A DNA stretch of 62,382 nucleotides, counting the filler. It is 5 parts of 5 records of this genome, joined end to end, with 100 filler letters (N's around TTAATTAATTAA, not from the genome) between each part and the next. Parts side by side here need not be neighbours in the genome. Positions count along the whole stretch, not along the records: positions 32,611 to 57,279 come from SRR2962707_3074; 4 more parts are not named here. The stretch is one strand, 5' to 3'. Position numbers and translations under genes: made by a program. Position 1 is the first letter of the stretch. Each line of letters starts with the position of its first letter. The notes below the pieces were generated by a model, which was not told the DNA's origin, searched no databases, and saw nothing but the letters and a program-made list of their open reading frames with translations. Positions 40,289-51,424 of the stretch are shown here, piece by piece.

Positions 40289-41026
40289 TCAGTGATTCAG
40301 CACAGTGCTGAGAAACTCTTTGGTGCGTGATTCTTGCGGATTGCCAAGCACCTGATCGGGTTGGCCCGTCTCGATCACTTCGCCACCATCCATAAAGATC
40401 ACGCGGTCCGCCACCTGACGGGCAAACCCCATTTCATGCGTCACAACGATCATCGTCACGCCCGTACCGGCAAGGGATTTCATAACGTCCAACACCTCGC
40501 CTACCATTTCTGGATCTAGCGCAGAGGTGGGTTCGTCGAACAACAACACCTGCGGTTTCATCGCCAACGCACGGGCAATCGCGACACGTTGCTGTTGCCC
40601 ACCGGAGAGGTTCTGCGGATATTTTTCGGCCTGCTCCGCAATCCCGACCCGGGCCAACAGCCGATCGGCCAGTTTAGCGGCCTCGTTCCGCGACGTGCCC
40701 CTGACGCGGCGGGGGGCCAGCATGATGTTTTCGCGTACGGTGAGGTGCGGAAAGAGGTTGAAGTTCTGAAAGACCATTCCAACCTCGGCCCGGATTTTGG
40801 CCAGGCTTCGACCGGGAACCACCGGAATGCCGTCAACACGGATTTCACTGGTTGGGTCGAAATCCTCTAACCGGTTGATGCAGCGGATCAAGGTCGATTT
40901 GCCGGACCCAGAGGGGCCAATTACGCAAACAACTTCGCCTTTGGCTATGTCCAGGTCGATGCCGCGCAATGCCTGGAAGGTGCCATAGAATTTGCGAAGG
41001 TTGCGGATGCTGACATAGTCCTTCAC
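40289..41026 (-). CDS. Polar amino acid ABC transporter ATPase
   Basis: [28 protein letters not shown]. Confidence 0.95.
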   Translation of the reverse strand: MKDYVSIRNLRKFYGTFQALRGIDLDIAKGEVVCVIGPSGSGKSTLIRCINRLEDFDPTSEIRVDGIPVVPGRSLAKIRAEVGMVFQNFNLFPHLTVRENIMLAPRRVRGTSRNEAAKLADRLLARVGIAEQAEKYPQNLSGGQQQRVAIARALAMKPQVLLFDEPTSALDPEMVGEVLDVMKSLAGTGVTMIVVTHEMGFARQVADRVIFMDGGEVIETGQPDQVLGNPQESRTKEFLSTVLNH

Positions 41027-41697
41027 GTGCGGCGCCCTGCGTTAAACCGCCCTTCCAGGTAGGTGACAAGCAGCACAAGTGGCCAAAGAAACGCAATGTA
41101 GATTAGCGCCGCCCCGATCAAGGGGGTGGGGTTTGCTGTCAGCGCCTGCGCTTGTGTTGCCTGCTTCAATAGATCAGGCATCGCAACGACAGAGGCGAGA
41201 GCGGTATCTTTGACCACATTGACCGAGTTATTGGTCAAAGGCGGGATTACGATACGGATCGCTTGCGGCAGGATGACATCGAACATGGTCTGCCTGTGGC
41301 TAAGCCCCAATGCTTCGGATGCCTCAAACTGTCCGTTGGGAATAGCTTCTATCCCTGCGCGAAAGATTTCAGCGGTGTAGGCGCCAGACACCAGCGTCAA
41401 AGCCGCCATGGCCGAGGCGAAAGACGTCAACCGCAGACCGACAAAGGGCAAGGCGTAGTAGACGATGATCAGCAGCACGAGGAGTGGGATCGAGCGAAAG
41501 ATGTCAATATAAATCCTCATCAGGATCCGTACAGGTCGAATAGCGTAAAGCCGCAACAGCGACACGATCAGCCCAAGGAGAAGTCCGCCAACAATGCTTG
41601 CAGCCCCAAGTTCGAGCGTCAGCCATAGCCCGTCAATCAACATGGGAAGACTGCGTTTAAGGACAGCCATGTTCAGAAAGGTTTCGGAAAGATTCAT
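41023..41697 (-). CDS. Polar amino acid ABC transporter permease
   Basis: [26 protein letters not shown] (EAA motif), KDT.LAS. Confidence 0.93.
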   Translation of the reverse strand: MNLSETFLNMAVLKRSLPMLIDGLWLTLELGAASIVGGLLLGLIVSLLRLYAIRPVRILMRIYIDIFRSIPLLVLLIIVYYALPFVGLRLTSFASAMAALTLVSGAYTAEIFRAGIEAIPNGQFEASEALGLSHRQTMFDVILPQAIRIVIPPLTNNSVNVVKDTALASVVAMPDLLKQATQAQALTANPTPLIGAALIYIAFLWPLVLLVTYLEGRFNAGRRT

Positions 41698-41749
41698 GTC
41701 GTTCTTCGCTCCAAGGGCACGGCCTGCGAACGGGCCGTGCCCGCAAGGC

Positions 41750-42541
41750 TTAGTTAAGTGTAGGCATGTCCATGACCGTGACGGTCGATGTGGTGGATTC
41801 CGGCGCCTTGCCGAACCACTTTTCATGCAGCGCGGCGACGGTGCCATCTTCCTTTAACGTTGTCAGGATATCGTTGACTTCGGTCGCTAGCGGGGCGTCC
41901 TTGGCGAACATCATGGAATATTTTTCACCAGTTTCGATCCGCTGGACAACGGCCAGCTCGGGCTTGTCCTTGGCATAGTACAACAGGGCCGGAATATCCG
42001 AGATGTATCCGTCGATACGTCCGGCCATCAGGTCCAGCATGGCGGGTGCCAGACCTTCATACCGGTTGATGGACGCAAACCCATATTCGGTAATATTTTC
42101 CGTGGCCCACATATCGCCGGTCGACCCGGTGTCGACGCCGACGATCTTGTCGGTCATCTCGTCCAGCGACGCGGGGCCGCCCACCATGACGGTCAGGGAC
42201 TGATCGCTATCATAATAGGGCTGAGCAAAGGTAACGGATTCCAGACGCGCGTCAGTGATGGTGATCGACGACATTGCAATGTCCACCCGGCCTGACTGGA
42301 CAGCCGAAAAGAGACCCTGGAACGGTATATTTACAATCGCGACGCCGCGGCCAAGTTTCGCGGCAACAGCATTGACCAAATCGACCTCGAACCCGACCAT
42401 CGCACCAGTATCGTCCTGAAATTCCCACGGCACGTTGCCAATATTGGCCCCAACCTGAAGGTCCTGGGCTTGCAGCGCGCCCGCGAACGTACCCGTAGCA
42501 ACCAGTGCGATCGCGGCAACTTTGCTGATCTTTCCAAGCAT
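41750..42541 (-). CDS. Polar amino acid ABC transporter substrate-binding protein
   Basis: Signal peptide; PWEF..G...GFEVDL, SSITIT..R, KWFG. Confidence 0.92.
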   Translation of the reverse strand: MLGKISKVAAIALVATGTFAGALQAQDLQVGANIGNVPWEFQDDTGAMVGFEVDLVNAVAAKLGRGVAIVNIPFQGLFSAVQSGRVDIAMSSITITDARLESVTFAQPYYDSDQSLTVMVGGPASLDEMTDKIVGVDTGSTGDMWATENITEYGFASINRYEGLAPAMLDLMAGRIDGYISDIPALLYYAKDKPELAVVQRIETGEKYSMMFAKDAPLATEVNDILTTLKEDGTVAALHEKWFGKAPESTTSTVTVMDMPTLN

Positions 42542-42581
42542 GGTGTTTTCCCCTGTCGATAATCTGATTATGATTGCATAG

Positions 42582-42610
42582 TGGTCTGATTGGTCAGACC
42601 GGTCTGACCA
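42582..42610. promoter_or_regulatory. FadR/GntR-type operator
   Basis: Perfect 20-bp palindrome TGGTCAGACCGGTCTGACCA (42591-42610) plus a third GGTCTGATT unit; lies between the divergent regulator and operon. Confidence 0.75.
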
Positions 42611-42708
42611 GTTACGCATGCCAGATCAGATCTTGCAACATTTGGAATTGGGGATCTCAGGAAATCGCCCCGATATGATGAAAAATGCACCAGTTTGAAG
42701 GTTAGCAT

Positions 42709-43410
42709 ATGAACTTCTTGACCAACAAAAGCACCGTCACTCAGACAGTCGCGCGCAAGTTGCAAGATATGATCCGCACAGGTGAGTGGCAGGAAAATGA
42801 AAAGATTCCGTCGCAGCGGCTTTTGTCCGAGCAACTCCAGGTGTCGCGCGCGTCCCTGCGCGAAGCCTTGCTGACCCTTGAAACTCTGGGTTTGGTTCGA
42901 ACCTATCCGGCGCGTGGTACGTTTGTCACCGGACCCGAAACGCCGCGCGAAGCCGCGCAGGAAAATTGGCGTTTTGGTGAGTTATTCACGATCTCGGATG
43001 TATTCCAGACCCGTATTTTGGTCGAAACCGAGATTTGCCGCCTTGCAGCCCAACATGTCACCCCTGACATCGCCGACCGGTTGGAACACGCCAACCGGCA
43101 GTTCGAGGAGGCGTGGAAGGGCGGTGACCTCGTAACCCACGTCGAGGCAGATCTGACGTTTCACGGTCTGATCGTCGATATCTGTCCCAATCCAATGATC
43201 CGGCAGATGTATCGTTCAGTCTGCGATTTGATGACCGAAAGCCAACGTGTGCCAATCCCCAATACTGCCATCGCAAGAATGACCAATTCGATCAACGAAC
43301 ATCATGTCATTCTGGCCGCGTTGCGCGGACAGGATTCAGACAGGGCGGCCGCGGCGATGCACGAACATATCCGAAACACGGCCGCCTGCGTGGGCGCATC
43401 TATTTCTTGA
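42709..43410 (+). CDS. FadR/GntR family transcriptional regulator
   Basis: PSQR.L...L.VSR.SLREAL wHTH; FCD domain D..FH, EH..IL. Confidence 0.93.
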   Translation: MNFLTNKSTVTQTVARKLQDMIRTGEWQENEKIPSQRLLSEQLQVSRASLREALLTLETLGLVRTYPARGTFVTGPETPREAAQENWRFGELFTISDVFQTRILVETEICRLAAQHVTPDIADRLEHANRQFEEAWKGGDLVTHVEADLTFHGLIVDICPNPMIRQMYRSVCDLMTESQRVPIPNTAIARMTNSINEHHVILAALRGQDSDRAAAAMHEHIRNTAACVGASIS

Positions 43411-43635
43411 AAATCGGCCCACTTTTATGGCTTTCCCAGAAGCGCGACAGACTCTGAAAAGTCTTGTGTTGTCGAAAAGACAAAGCAGAGGGGACCCGAG
43501 CCGAGCCTGATCAGGTTTTGTGAGAGCGTCTTCAGGCCTTGCTGATACAGGCCACGACCGTGCCACAGAGCACGAAGTTCAGGCAAGATGTGCGGGTTTA
43601 TATCCTGATCGCGAGTGGCCTGAAGCCGCGTCAGC

Positions 43636-43900
43636 TCAGATAGTGGAAAGCGGTGCGTTGGCTGTGCCATTCGACTGGTTCGACCAGCGCGATTCCGCAG
43701 CGAGGTCGCCGTCGATAGTATTCTCGGGACCATGTGTTTCTTCGTAACTACCGTCATCGGTCGTTGAAACGATGATCAGCCGTCATTGGCGTCACAGGCG
43801 GAATTGGCGGCCGTTTGGGAACCGATCAGAGACGCGGCACACATAGTTGCCACGACAGGAGTCAAGCGCCCAGCCGGAGTGGCCACCTGCAAGCTTTTCA
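43636..43900 (-). pseudogene. Frameshifted remnant of a secreted discoidin (F5/8 type C, CBM32-like) domain protein
   Basis: ..VVATMCAASLIGSQTAANSACDANDG / frameshift / LIIVSTTDDGSYEETHGPENTIDGDLAAESRWSNQ..*. Confidence 0.5.
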
Positions 43901-44095
43901 AATTTTGAGTAGCTGCCAGCCCTGTTCCATAAAGGGCCTCACCCTGGCTCATGCGGTCTCGGCGCGGCTGATAGCGGTGTTGGCCGGTAAAACGTGGCTC
44001 ATGCTATGGTGTTTCCCCACTGCAAATTAGAATGAACAGTGTCGTCGGTTTACTGGTCGCCAAGCTGGCAGGCATCTCTTGACCAAGGCCCGGCT

Positions 44096-45559
44096 ATGGG
44101 CCAAATCCTCACACGACAATCGGGGCAAAAAGTCTTGGCAAAGAGCGGCGCAGCACAAAGGGTCAGGAATGTCCTGAACGAACGGTCGACGCCGCTGATC
44201 GTGGCGACGGCTCTGCTTATGGAAAACATCGACTCGACCATTTTATCGACGTCTCTGCCGCAAATCGCCAGGGATCTGGCGACGGATCCAATCCATCTCA
44301 AGCTGGCGTTGACCTCTTATCTGCTGGCGCTTGCCGTATTTATCCCGGCGTCTGGCTGGGCGGCGGACAGGTTCGGTGTACGGCGCGTGTTCCGAATGGC
44401 CATCGTGGTTTTTGCAATCGGCTCGATCGCTTGTGCGGCGGCGCCGTCGCTGGGCTTTCTTATTGCAGCCCGGGTGGTGCAGGGAATCGGGGGTTCTATG
44501 ATGGTGCCCGTTGGGCGGCTGATTGTTTTGCGTGCAGTGCCAAAGGCCGGGCTGGTCAATGCGCTGGCCTGGCTGACGGTGCCAGCGCTGATTGGACCCG
44601 TGCTTGGCCCGCCGCTGGGCGGCTTTATTACGACATATGCCGACTGGCGCTGGATCTTCTGGATCAATATTCCGATTGCGGTTCTGGGAATTATGCTGGT
44701 TTCGAGATTCATTCCAAAACTGCCGCCGGTGCCTGTCGCTCGGTTCGATGCAGTTGGGTTCTGGCTGATCGGGCCGGGATTGGCACTTTTCCTGTCGGGG
44801 GTGACGGTTGCGGGGCTGGGACTGGCACCCGTGCCGGTCTTAAGCGGGGTCATAGCGACGGGTGTTGCGCTGACGTTCGCATATGTTGTGCACGCGCGCC
44901 GCACTGCGGCACCGCTGGTGGACCTGCGACTGTTGCGCCTGTCGACGTTTCGCATCAGCAGCATCGGCGGCAGCCTGTTCCGGGTCGGCGGCGGGGCGTT
45001 GCCATTCCTGCTGCCGTTGATGTTTCAGATCGGTTTTGGCCTTAGCGCGTTTCAGTCGGGGTTGATGACCTTTGCGGCCGGCCTGGGGGCAATCCTGATG
45101 AAGTTTATTGCCCAGCCTATTTTGAAACGGTTCGGGTTTCGGCGCGTACTTGCCATCAATGCCTTGGTGTCGGCGGCCTTTATGTTTGCGCCTGCAGGGT
45201 TCACCCCGCAGACGCCATATCTGATTATGGTAGGGACACTGTTTTGCGGCGGCATCTGCCGGTCGCTGCAATTTACCAGCATCAACGCCTTGGCCTATTC
45301 AGAGATCGAGCCGCCCCAGATGGGCAGCGCCACCAGTTTCAACTCGGTCCTGCAACAGCTGTCAGCGTCGATGGGGATCACCGTCGCGGCCTTCGGGCTT
45401 GAGGCAATGCAGACACTTTATGGCGGGCCTTCGATCAACATCGCGCATTTCCCTGCTGTGTTCGGTCTGCTGGCACTGATATCGCTGAGTTCGGCAATTT
45501 GGTTCCTGCGCCTGACGCCAATGTCGGGGTCGGCTGTGCTGGCGGAACGGGGCCGATGA
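44096..45559 (+). CDS. DHA2-family MFS efflux transporter
   Basis: ENIDSTIL.T.LP, GWAADRFG.RR, R..QG.GG, GP..GPPLGG, WRWIFWIN.P; start uncertain. Confidence 0.9.
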   Translation: MGQILTRQSGQKVLAKSGAAQRVRNVLNERSTPLIVATALLMENIDSTILSTSLPQIARDLATDPIHLKLALTSYLLALAVFIPASGWAADRFGVRRVFRMAIVVFAIGSIACAAAPSLGFLIAARVVQGIGGSMMVPVGRLIVLRAVPKAGLVNALAWLTVPALIGPVLGPPLGGFITTYADWRWIFWINIPIAVLGIMLVSRFIPKLPPVPVARFDAVGFWLIGPGLALFLSGVTVAGLGLAPVPVLSGVIATGVALTFAYVVHARRTAAPLVDLRLLRLSTFRISSIGGSLFRVGGGALPFLLPLMFQIGFGLSAFQSGLMTFAAGLGAILMKFIAQPILKRFGFRRVLAINALVSAAFMFAPAGFTPQTPYLIMVGTLFCGGICRSLQFTSINALAYSEIEPPQMGSATSFNSVLQQLSASMGITVAAFGLEAMQTLYGGPSINIAHFPAVFGLLALISLSSAIWFLRLTPMSGSAVLAERGR

Positions 45560-45881
45560 CACTTCGGGGCCTTGCGCTCGCCTTGCCCTGCGTGATTGTC
45601 CAAAGGTTTTGCCAGAGCAGGCCGGTGCGAGCCTAGACCGCAAATCAGCCGCCGGATCCGGGCGCACCGTTCCCCTACTGGATGTTGCCCCGCTGGAAGA
45701 TGGGGGGCATAGTCTTGATGCTGCTGGCCGTCGTCTCGCAGATCACGCTGTTTTTTGCACGTTCTCATAGCTTACTGATACTGATCCGGTATCATGGCCA
45801 ATGACAGGAACTGCGTTGTCCTAGGCTTGAACAGCCAAAGACGCGGGTAGACGTGCACCAGATGACGGAGACGAAAGTGAC

Positions 45882-47489
45882 ATGACGGTACTGGAAAGCG
45901 GCATATCCTTGGTTTCGGAAGAGTTTGCGCGCAACACCGAGGCGATGGAGCGGCAATGTACCTTCATCGCCGAGGAAGCTGCGCGTATCATCAGAGGCGG
46001 ATCCGAAGCGTCGAGAGCGCGACACCTGTCCCGTGGCAAATTGTTACCTCGGGACAGAATTGCGGGACTGCTCGATCCGGGGGCGCCTTTCCTAGAAGTA
46101 GGGTTGTTCGCGGCGACCGGTATGTACGGCGATGAGATTCCTTCGGCCGGGGCGATTGCCGGCATCGGCCGGGTTGCGGGGCGCGATTGCATGATCCTTT
46201 GCAACGACGCCACCGTAAAGGGTGGCACCTATTTCCCGATGACGGTCAAGAAACACCTACGCGCGCAGGAAATCGCCGAGGAAAACCATTTGCCCTGCAT
46301 CTATCTGGTTGATTCCGGTGGGGCCAACCTGAACAATCAGGACGAGGTGTTCCCGGATCGCGACCACTTTGGCCGGATCTTTTACAATCAGGCGCGGATG
46401 TCGGCCAAAGGCATCGCCCAGATTGCCGTGGTGATGGGGTCCTGCACAGCAGGCGGGGCCTACGTTCCCGCGATGAGCGACCAGACCATCATTGTGCGCG
46501 AACAGGGGACGATCTTCCTTGCCGGGCCGCCGCTGGTTAAGGTGGCGACGGGCGAGGTGGTGGATGCAGAAACACTGGGTGGCGGCGACACGCACACTCG
46601 GCTGTCCGGTGTGGCCGACTACCTTGCGGACGATGACCGCCACGCGCTGGCCCTCGCGCGCGAGATTGTGAGCCATCTGGGTCCGCTGCCGCGCCCGTCT
46701 GTCGATATCCGAGAGTCAAAGGCACCGCTGTTCGCGGTAGAAGAAATCATGGGCATCGTCCCGGCCAACGACCGCACCCCTTATGACGCGCGTGAAATCA
46801 TCGCACGGCTGGTGGACGGGTCAGAATTTGCGGAATTTAAGCCGCGTTACGGCACCACGCTGGTTACGGGGTTTGCCCATATCGACGGTATCCCGGTGGG
46901 CATCCTTGCCAACAATGGCGTGCTATTTTCCGAAAGCTCGCTCAAAGGGGCGCATCTCATCGAACTTTGCTGCCAGCGCAAGATCCCACTGCTGTTCTTG
47001 CAAAACATTACGGGGTTCATGGTCGGTTCAAAATACGAGGCTGGCGGCATTGCCAAGGACGGTGCCAAGCTGGTCACGGCCGTGTCAACCGCGTCGGTTC
47101 CAAAGGTAACTGTGGTGATCGGCGGGTCTTACGGCGCGGGAAATTATGGCATGTGCGGGCGCGCGTTTGGGCCGCGGTTCGTGTGGATGTGGCCAAATGC
47201 GCGGATTTCCGTCATGGGCGGCGCGCAGGCTGCGGGCGTTTTGGCCGACGTGCGCCGCGCCGGTATCGAAGCAAAGGGCGGCACCTGGTCGACAGAAGAA
47301 GAGGCCGCGTTCAAGCAGCCGACGCTGGATCTGTTCGACCGGCAAAGCCAACCGCTCTATGCCTCTGCCCGGCTGTGGGACGACGGGATCATCGATCCGC
47401 GCAAGACGCGGGATGTGGTCGCCCTTTCGTTTCGCGCGGCGCTGAACGCACCGATCGCGGATACCAAGTTTGGCCTGTTCAGGATGTGA
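45882..47489 (+). CDS. liuB: 3-methylcrotonyl-CoA carboxylase beta (carboxyltransferase) subunit
   Basis: [34 protein letters not shown]. Confidence 0.9.
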   Translation: MTVLESGISLVSEEFARNTEAMERQCTFIAEEAARIIRGGSEASRARHLSRGKLLPRDRIAGLLDPGAPFLEVGLFAATGMYGDEIPSAGAIAGIGRVAGRDCMILCNDATVKGGTYFPMTVKKHLRAQEIAEENHLPCIYLVDSGGANLNNQDEVFPDRDHFGRIFYNQARMSAKGIAQIAVVMGSCTAGGAYVPAMSDQTIIVREQGTIFLAGPPLVKVATGEVVDAETLGGGDTHTRLSGVADYLADDDRHALALAREIVSHLGPLPRPSVDIRESKAPLFAVEEIMGIVPANDRTPYDAREIIARLVDGSEFAEFKPRYGTTLVTGFAHIDGIPVGILANNGVLFSESSLKGAHLIELCCQRKIPLLFLQNITGFMVGSKYEAGGIAKDGAKLVTAVSTASVPKVTVVIGGSYGAGNYGMCGRAFGPRFVWMWPNARISVMGGAQAAGVLADVRRAGIEAKGGTWSTEEEAAFKQPTLDLFDRQSQPLYASARLWDDGIIDPRKTRDVVALSFRAALNAPIADTKFGLFRM

Positions 47490-47491
47490 TT

Positions 47492-49486
47492 ATGACACCG
47501 TTCCACAAGATACTGATCGCAAATCGAGGCGAAATCGCCTGCCGCGTTATTCGCACCGCCCGCGCTATGGGGGTGCTGACGGTGGCCGTCTATTCGGACG
47601 CCGATGCGGCTGCGATGCATGTCAATCTGGCGGACGAGGCGGTGCACATAGGCGGCCCTGCGGTTTCGGACAGCTATCTGCGTGGCGATGTGATCATCAC
47701 CGCCGCCCTTGCAACTGGGGCGCAGGCAATCCACCCCGGCTATGGTTTCCTGTCGGAAAACCCGGGCTTTGTAGACGCGGTGAAAAAGGCGGGGCTGGTG
47801 TTCATCGGTCCCTCTGCCGACGCGATCAGGGCGATGGGTCTGAAGGATGCCGCAAAGGTTTTAATGGAACGGGCCGGCATTCCGGTTGTTCCGGGCTATC
47901 ACGGTGAAAATCAGGACCCTGTTTTTCTGGCAGATCAGGCGGATGCCATCGGCTATCCGGTCCTCATCAAGGCCCGCGCGGGCGGCGGCGGCAAGGGGAT
48001 GCGCCTTGTGGGCGCGCCGTCTGAGTTTGCCGAGGCGCTCGCCTCGGCACAGCGCGAGGGCGTGTCAGCCTTTGGCGACGGGCATGTGCTGATCGAAAAG
48101 TTCGTGACCTCTCCGCGTCATATCGAGGTGCAGGTGTTTGGCGACAGCCACGGAAATGCCGTTCATCTGTTTGAACGGGATTGTTCCCTGCAGCGCCGCC
48201 ACCAGAAGGTGATTGAGGAAGCCCCAGCGCCAAGCATGACGCCCGAAGTGCGCGACGCCATGACAACGGCGGCAGTGACGGCGGCACGGGCCATCAAGTA
48301 TTCCGGGGCAGGGACAATAGAATTCATCGTCGACGGGTCCGGGCCGCTGCGCGCGGACAGCTTCTGGTTCATGGAAATGAACACCCGCCTACAGGTTGAA
48401 CACCCGGTGACCGAGGCGATCACCGGCGTTGATCTGGTTGAATGGCAGTTGCGCGTCGCTGCCGGTGAACCGCTGCCCTGCGCGCAGGAAGACCTGACAA
48501 TCAACGGTCATGCGTTTGAAGCGAGGCTTTATGCCGAGGATCCCGCCAACGGCTTTCTGCCCGCGACCGGCACGCTGCACCACCTGTCCTTCTGTCCGCA
48601 GGCCCGCAACGACACTGGTGTCGCGAGCGGAGATGTGATCAGCCCCTGGTACGATCCGATGATCGCCAAAATCATCACCCATGGCGATACCCGTGCCGAG
48701 GCGCTGGGCAGGCTGCGTACCGCCCTTGCACAGACCCATGTAGCCGGAACGGTGACCAACGCTCCGTTCCTTGCCGCGCTAGCCGTACATGCTGGGTTCA
48801 ACGCCGAAAAGTTCGACACCGGTCTGATTGCACGGGACCTTGAGGCACTCTGCACACCTGCGCCGCTGAGCGAGGCACACCTTGCCCTTGCTGCGTTGGG
48901 CGCGCTGAACATTTGCCCGTCGGCCACTGGCAGAACACCGCCCGGCTGGCGGCTTTGGGGGGATGCGCGATCGCAGATCCTGATGCTGCACGGGACGGAT
49001 TTGTTGGAGCGCGTGCTGACCCTGAACGACGACGGTTCAATGATCCTGAGCGGTGGAGACGACCCCGTGACCCTGTTCGGCGTAACGCGGGTAGGAGACG
49101 AGGTGTCGGCTCGCACCGGCCCGCACCGGACCCGGATAAAAGCGCGTGTGGTCCGAAAGGATCTGGACACTGGCATGCTCGTTTCTGTCCTTTGCGCAGG
49201 CACGACGCTGGATCTTGTTCTGCCCGATCCCCGCGCCGGGCAGGCGGCGCGCGCAGACACCAGCAACGCCGTAATTGCCCCGATGACCGGCGTGGTGATC
49301 AAGCTTTTTGTTGGCCCAGACGCCTTGGTGAAACAGGGTCAGGTGTTGGGCGTGATGGAGGCAATGAAAATGGAAACTACGCTGGTCGCGCCGCGCGACG
49401 GCACAGTCGCCGCGGTCAACTGCGCGGTTGGCGCGGCGGTCGAGGGCGGTTTGGTCCTGATCACGCTGGAAGAGTCGGTGTCATGA
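47492..49486 (+). CDS. liuD: 3-methylcrotonyl-CoA carboxylase alpha (biotin carboxylase plus biotin carrier)
   Basis: ANRGEIA, HPGYGFLSEN, GGGGKGMR, EMNTRLQVEH, EAMKME. Confidence 0.9.
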   Translation: MTPFHKILIANRGEIACRVIRTARAMGVLTVAVYSDADAAAMHVNLADEAVHIGGPAVSDSYLRGDVIITAALATGAQAIHPGYGFLSENPGFVDAVKKAGLVFIGPSADAIRAMGLKDAAKVLMERAGIPVVPGYHGENQDPVFLADQADAIGYPVLIKARAGGGGKGMRLVGAPSEFAEALASAQREGVSAFGDGHVLIEKFVTSPRHIEVQVFGDSHGNAVHLFERDCSLQRRHQKVIEEAPAPSMTPEVRDAMTTAAVTAARAIKYSGAGTIEFIVDGSGPLRADSFWFMEMNTRLQVEHPVTEAITGVDLVEWQLRVAAGEPLPCAQEDLTINGHAFEARLYAEDPANGFLPATGTLHHLSFCPQARNDTGVASGDVISPWYDPMIAKIITHGDTRAEALGRLRTALAQTHVAGTVTNAPFLAALAVHAGFNAEKFDTGLIARDLEALCTPAPLSEAHLALAALGALNICPSATGRTPPGWRLWGDARSQILMLHGTDLLERVLTLNDDGSMILSGGDDPVTLFGVTRVGDEVSARTGPHRTRIKARVVRKDLDTGMLVSVLCAGTTLDLVLPDPRAGQAARADTSNAVIAPMTGVVIKLFVGPDALVKQGQVLGVMEAMKMETTLVAPRDGTVAAVNCAVGAAVEGGLVLITLEESVS

Positions 49487-50364
49487 GCGATCCTGTCCAC
49501 CTCTACGAGGTCGGTCCTCGGGACGGGTTGCAGAACGAAAAGGCGATTATTCCGACCGAGCAGAAGATCGCGCTGATCGACCTGTTGTCCCGCGCCGGGT
49601 TGCAGAAGATCGAGGCGACCAGCTTTGTCTCATCCAAATGGGTGCCGCAGCTGTCAGATGCCGCCGAAGTTATGGCCGGCATCGCCCGCGCAGATGGCGT
49701 GGATTACGCCGTTCTGACCCCCAATCTAAAGGGGTTGGAGCGGGCCATCGCGGCAGGTGCCGACGAGGTGGCGATCTTTGGATCGGCGTCAGAAGGGTTC
49801 AGTCACAAGAACATCAACTGCTCAATCGCTGAAAGCCTTGCCCGGTTCGAACCTGTGATGCTGGCGGCATTGGCGGCGGGCATCCCGGTGCGCGGTTACG
49901 TGTCTTGCGTCATTGCCTGCCCCTATGACGGCGCGGTGTCCCCCGAGGCCGTGCGTTACGTAGCGGCAAAGCTGGACGACATGGGCTGTTACGAGGTTTC
50001 GCTGGGTGACACCATCGGCACGGGCACACCCGACAGCGTGCGGCGCATGATCGAAACGGTGCTTGAGGCAGTCCCCGCGACACGGCTAGCAGGCCATTTC
50101 CATGACACCGGCGATAAGGCGATCAGCAACGTGCGCGTCGCGCTTGAACTGGGGCTGCGCACTTTTGACAGTGCTGTTGGCGGACTTGGGGGCTGCCCCT
50201 ATGCGCCGACGGCAAAGGGCAACGTGTCCACCACAACACTGGTGGACATGCTGGCGGCCGAAGGATTTGAAACCGGCATCGACATGGCGGCGCTGTCGGC
50301 GGCAGAGGCCTTTATCACTTCGCTGACACAGACCCGCAGTAGTGCACAGTGGAACATGCAATGA
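49483..50364 (+). CDS. liuE: Hydroxymethylglutaryl-CoA lyase
   Basis: EVGPRDGLQNE, HFHDT, GLGGCPYA. Confidence 0.92.
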   Translation: MSDPVHLYEVGPRDGLQNEKAIIPTEQKIALIDLLSRAGLQKIEATSFVSSKWVPQLSDAAEVMAGIARADGVDYAVLTPNLKGLERAIAAGADEVAIFGSASEGFSHKNINCSIAESLARFEPVMLAALAAGIPVRGYVSCVIACPYDGAVSPEAVRYVAAKLDDMGCYEVSLGDTIGTGTPDSVRRMIETVLEAVPATRLAGHFHDTGDKAISNVRVALELGLRTFDSAVGGLGGCPYAPTAKGNVSTTTLVDMLAAEGFETGIDMAALSAAEAFITSLTQTRSSAQWNMQ

Positions 50365-51152
50365 GCTATGCTACCATCGAGGTTGCCACTGATGCACGCG
50401 GCGTGGCGCAGGTGGTGCTGAACCGTCCGGACAAGCACAACGCGATGGATGCCCGAATGATCGCAGAGCTAAGTGAAGTTGCTCGCGTGCTGGGCGATAA
50501 TCCCGGGATACGGGTCGTCGTTCTGAGTGGCGCTGGCAGGACATTCTGTGCGGGTGGCGATCTGGGCTGGATGCGCGAACAGGCGGGCAAGGACCGTGCC
50601 GGCAAAATGGCTGGCGCCGGTGCGCTTGCCACCATGCTCGGCCTCTGGAACGCACTGCCAAAACCGCTGATCGGGCAGGTGCATGGCGCAGCATATGGCG
50701 GGGGCATCGGCCTTGTCGCGGTCTGCGACATTGTCATAGCCGAAAGTGCGACACGGTTTGCCCTGACCGAAACCCGCCTGGGTCTGATCCCCGCTACCAT
50801 CGGTCCGTTTGTAGTGGGCCGTCTGGGCGAATCTTTTGCCCGGCAGGTGTTTTTCAACGCCAAACCCTTTGACGTGGACTTCCTGATCCGTGCCGGGCTG
50901 GTCGCCAGTTCCTGCGCTGCGGAAAATTTAGTTGCGACTGTTGAGGTCGAGGTCGCCGCATTCCTTGACTGCGCGCCCGGCGCTGTGGCGCGCGCCAAGG
51001 CCCTGTGCCGCACCTTGTCCGGCCCGGACCCAGCCGAAGCTGCAGGAATGACGGCAAATGCATTGGCCGACTGCTGGGAAACCGAAGAAACCCGCCAAGG
51101 CATAGACGCGTTTTTTGCAAAGGAGACGCCACCGTGGCGATCAAGCCGCTGA
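50361..51152 (+). CDS. liuC: Crotonase family, probable methylglutaconyl-CoA hydratase
   Basis: FCAGGDL.WM, ETRLGLIPATI.P; operon context. Confidence 0.85.
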   Translation: MSYATIEVATDARGVAQVVLNRPDKHNAMDARMIAELSEVARVLGDNPGIRVVVLSGAGRTFCAGGDLGWMREQAGKDRAGKMAGAGALATMLGLWNALPKPLIGQVHGAAYGGGIGLVAVCDIVIAESATRFALTETRLGLIPATIGPFVVGRLGESFARQVFFNAKPFDVDFLIRAGLVASSCAAENLVATVEVEVAAFLDCAPGAVARAKALCRTLSGPDPAEAAGMTANALADCWETEETRQGIDAFFAKETPPWRSSR

Positions 51153-51424
51153 GCGTTGGTGCGCGCCGCGAAGCAGCATGTTTGTGTTGCTGGCGGCTGC
51201 AGGGGTAACTGACGAGATCAACCTTTGGCTGACCTGCGGCCCGCCCGTGTCATCGTGCGGTTGCTGCGCGTTGAGGCGGCGAAACCCAGCGTATTCCTCA
51301 GAATAGCCTTCAGAAGAGGCAATTCGAGGTTCTTGGCCACCCCCGGTACAGACGGATCAGGGGGGCAACGCTTGATCGGGGATCCTTCCGTGGTAACGTG
51401 ATAAATGCAAGGGAGATGATCATT

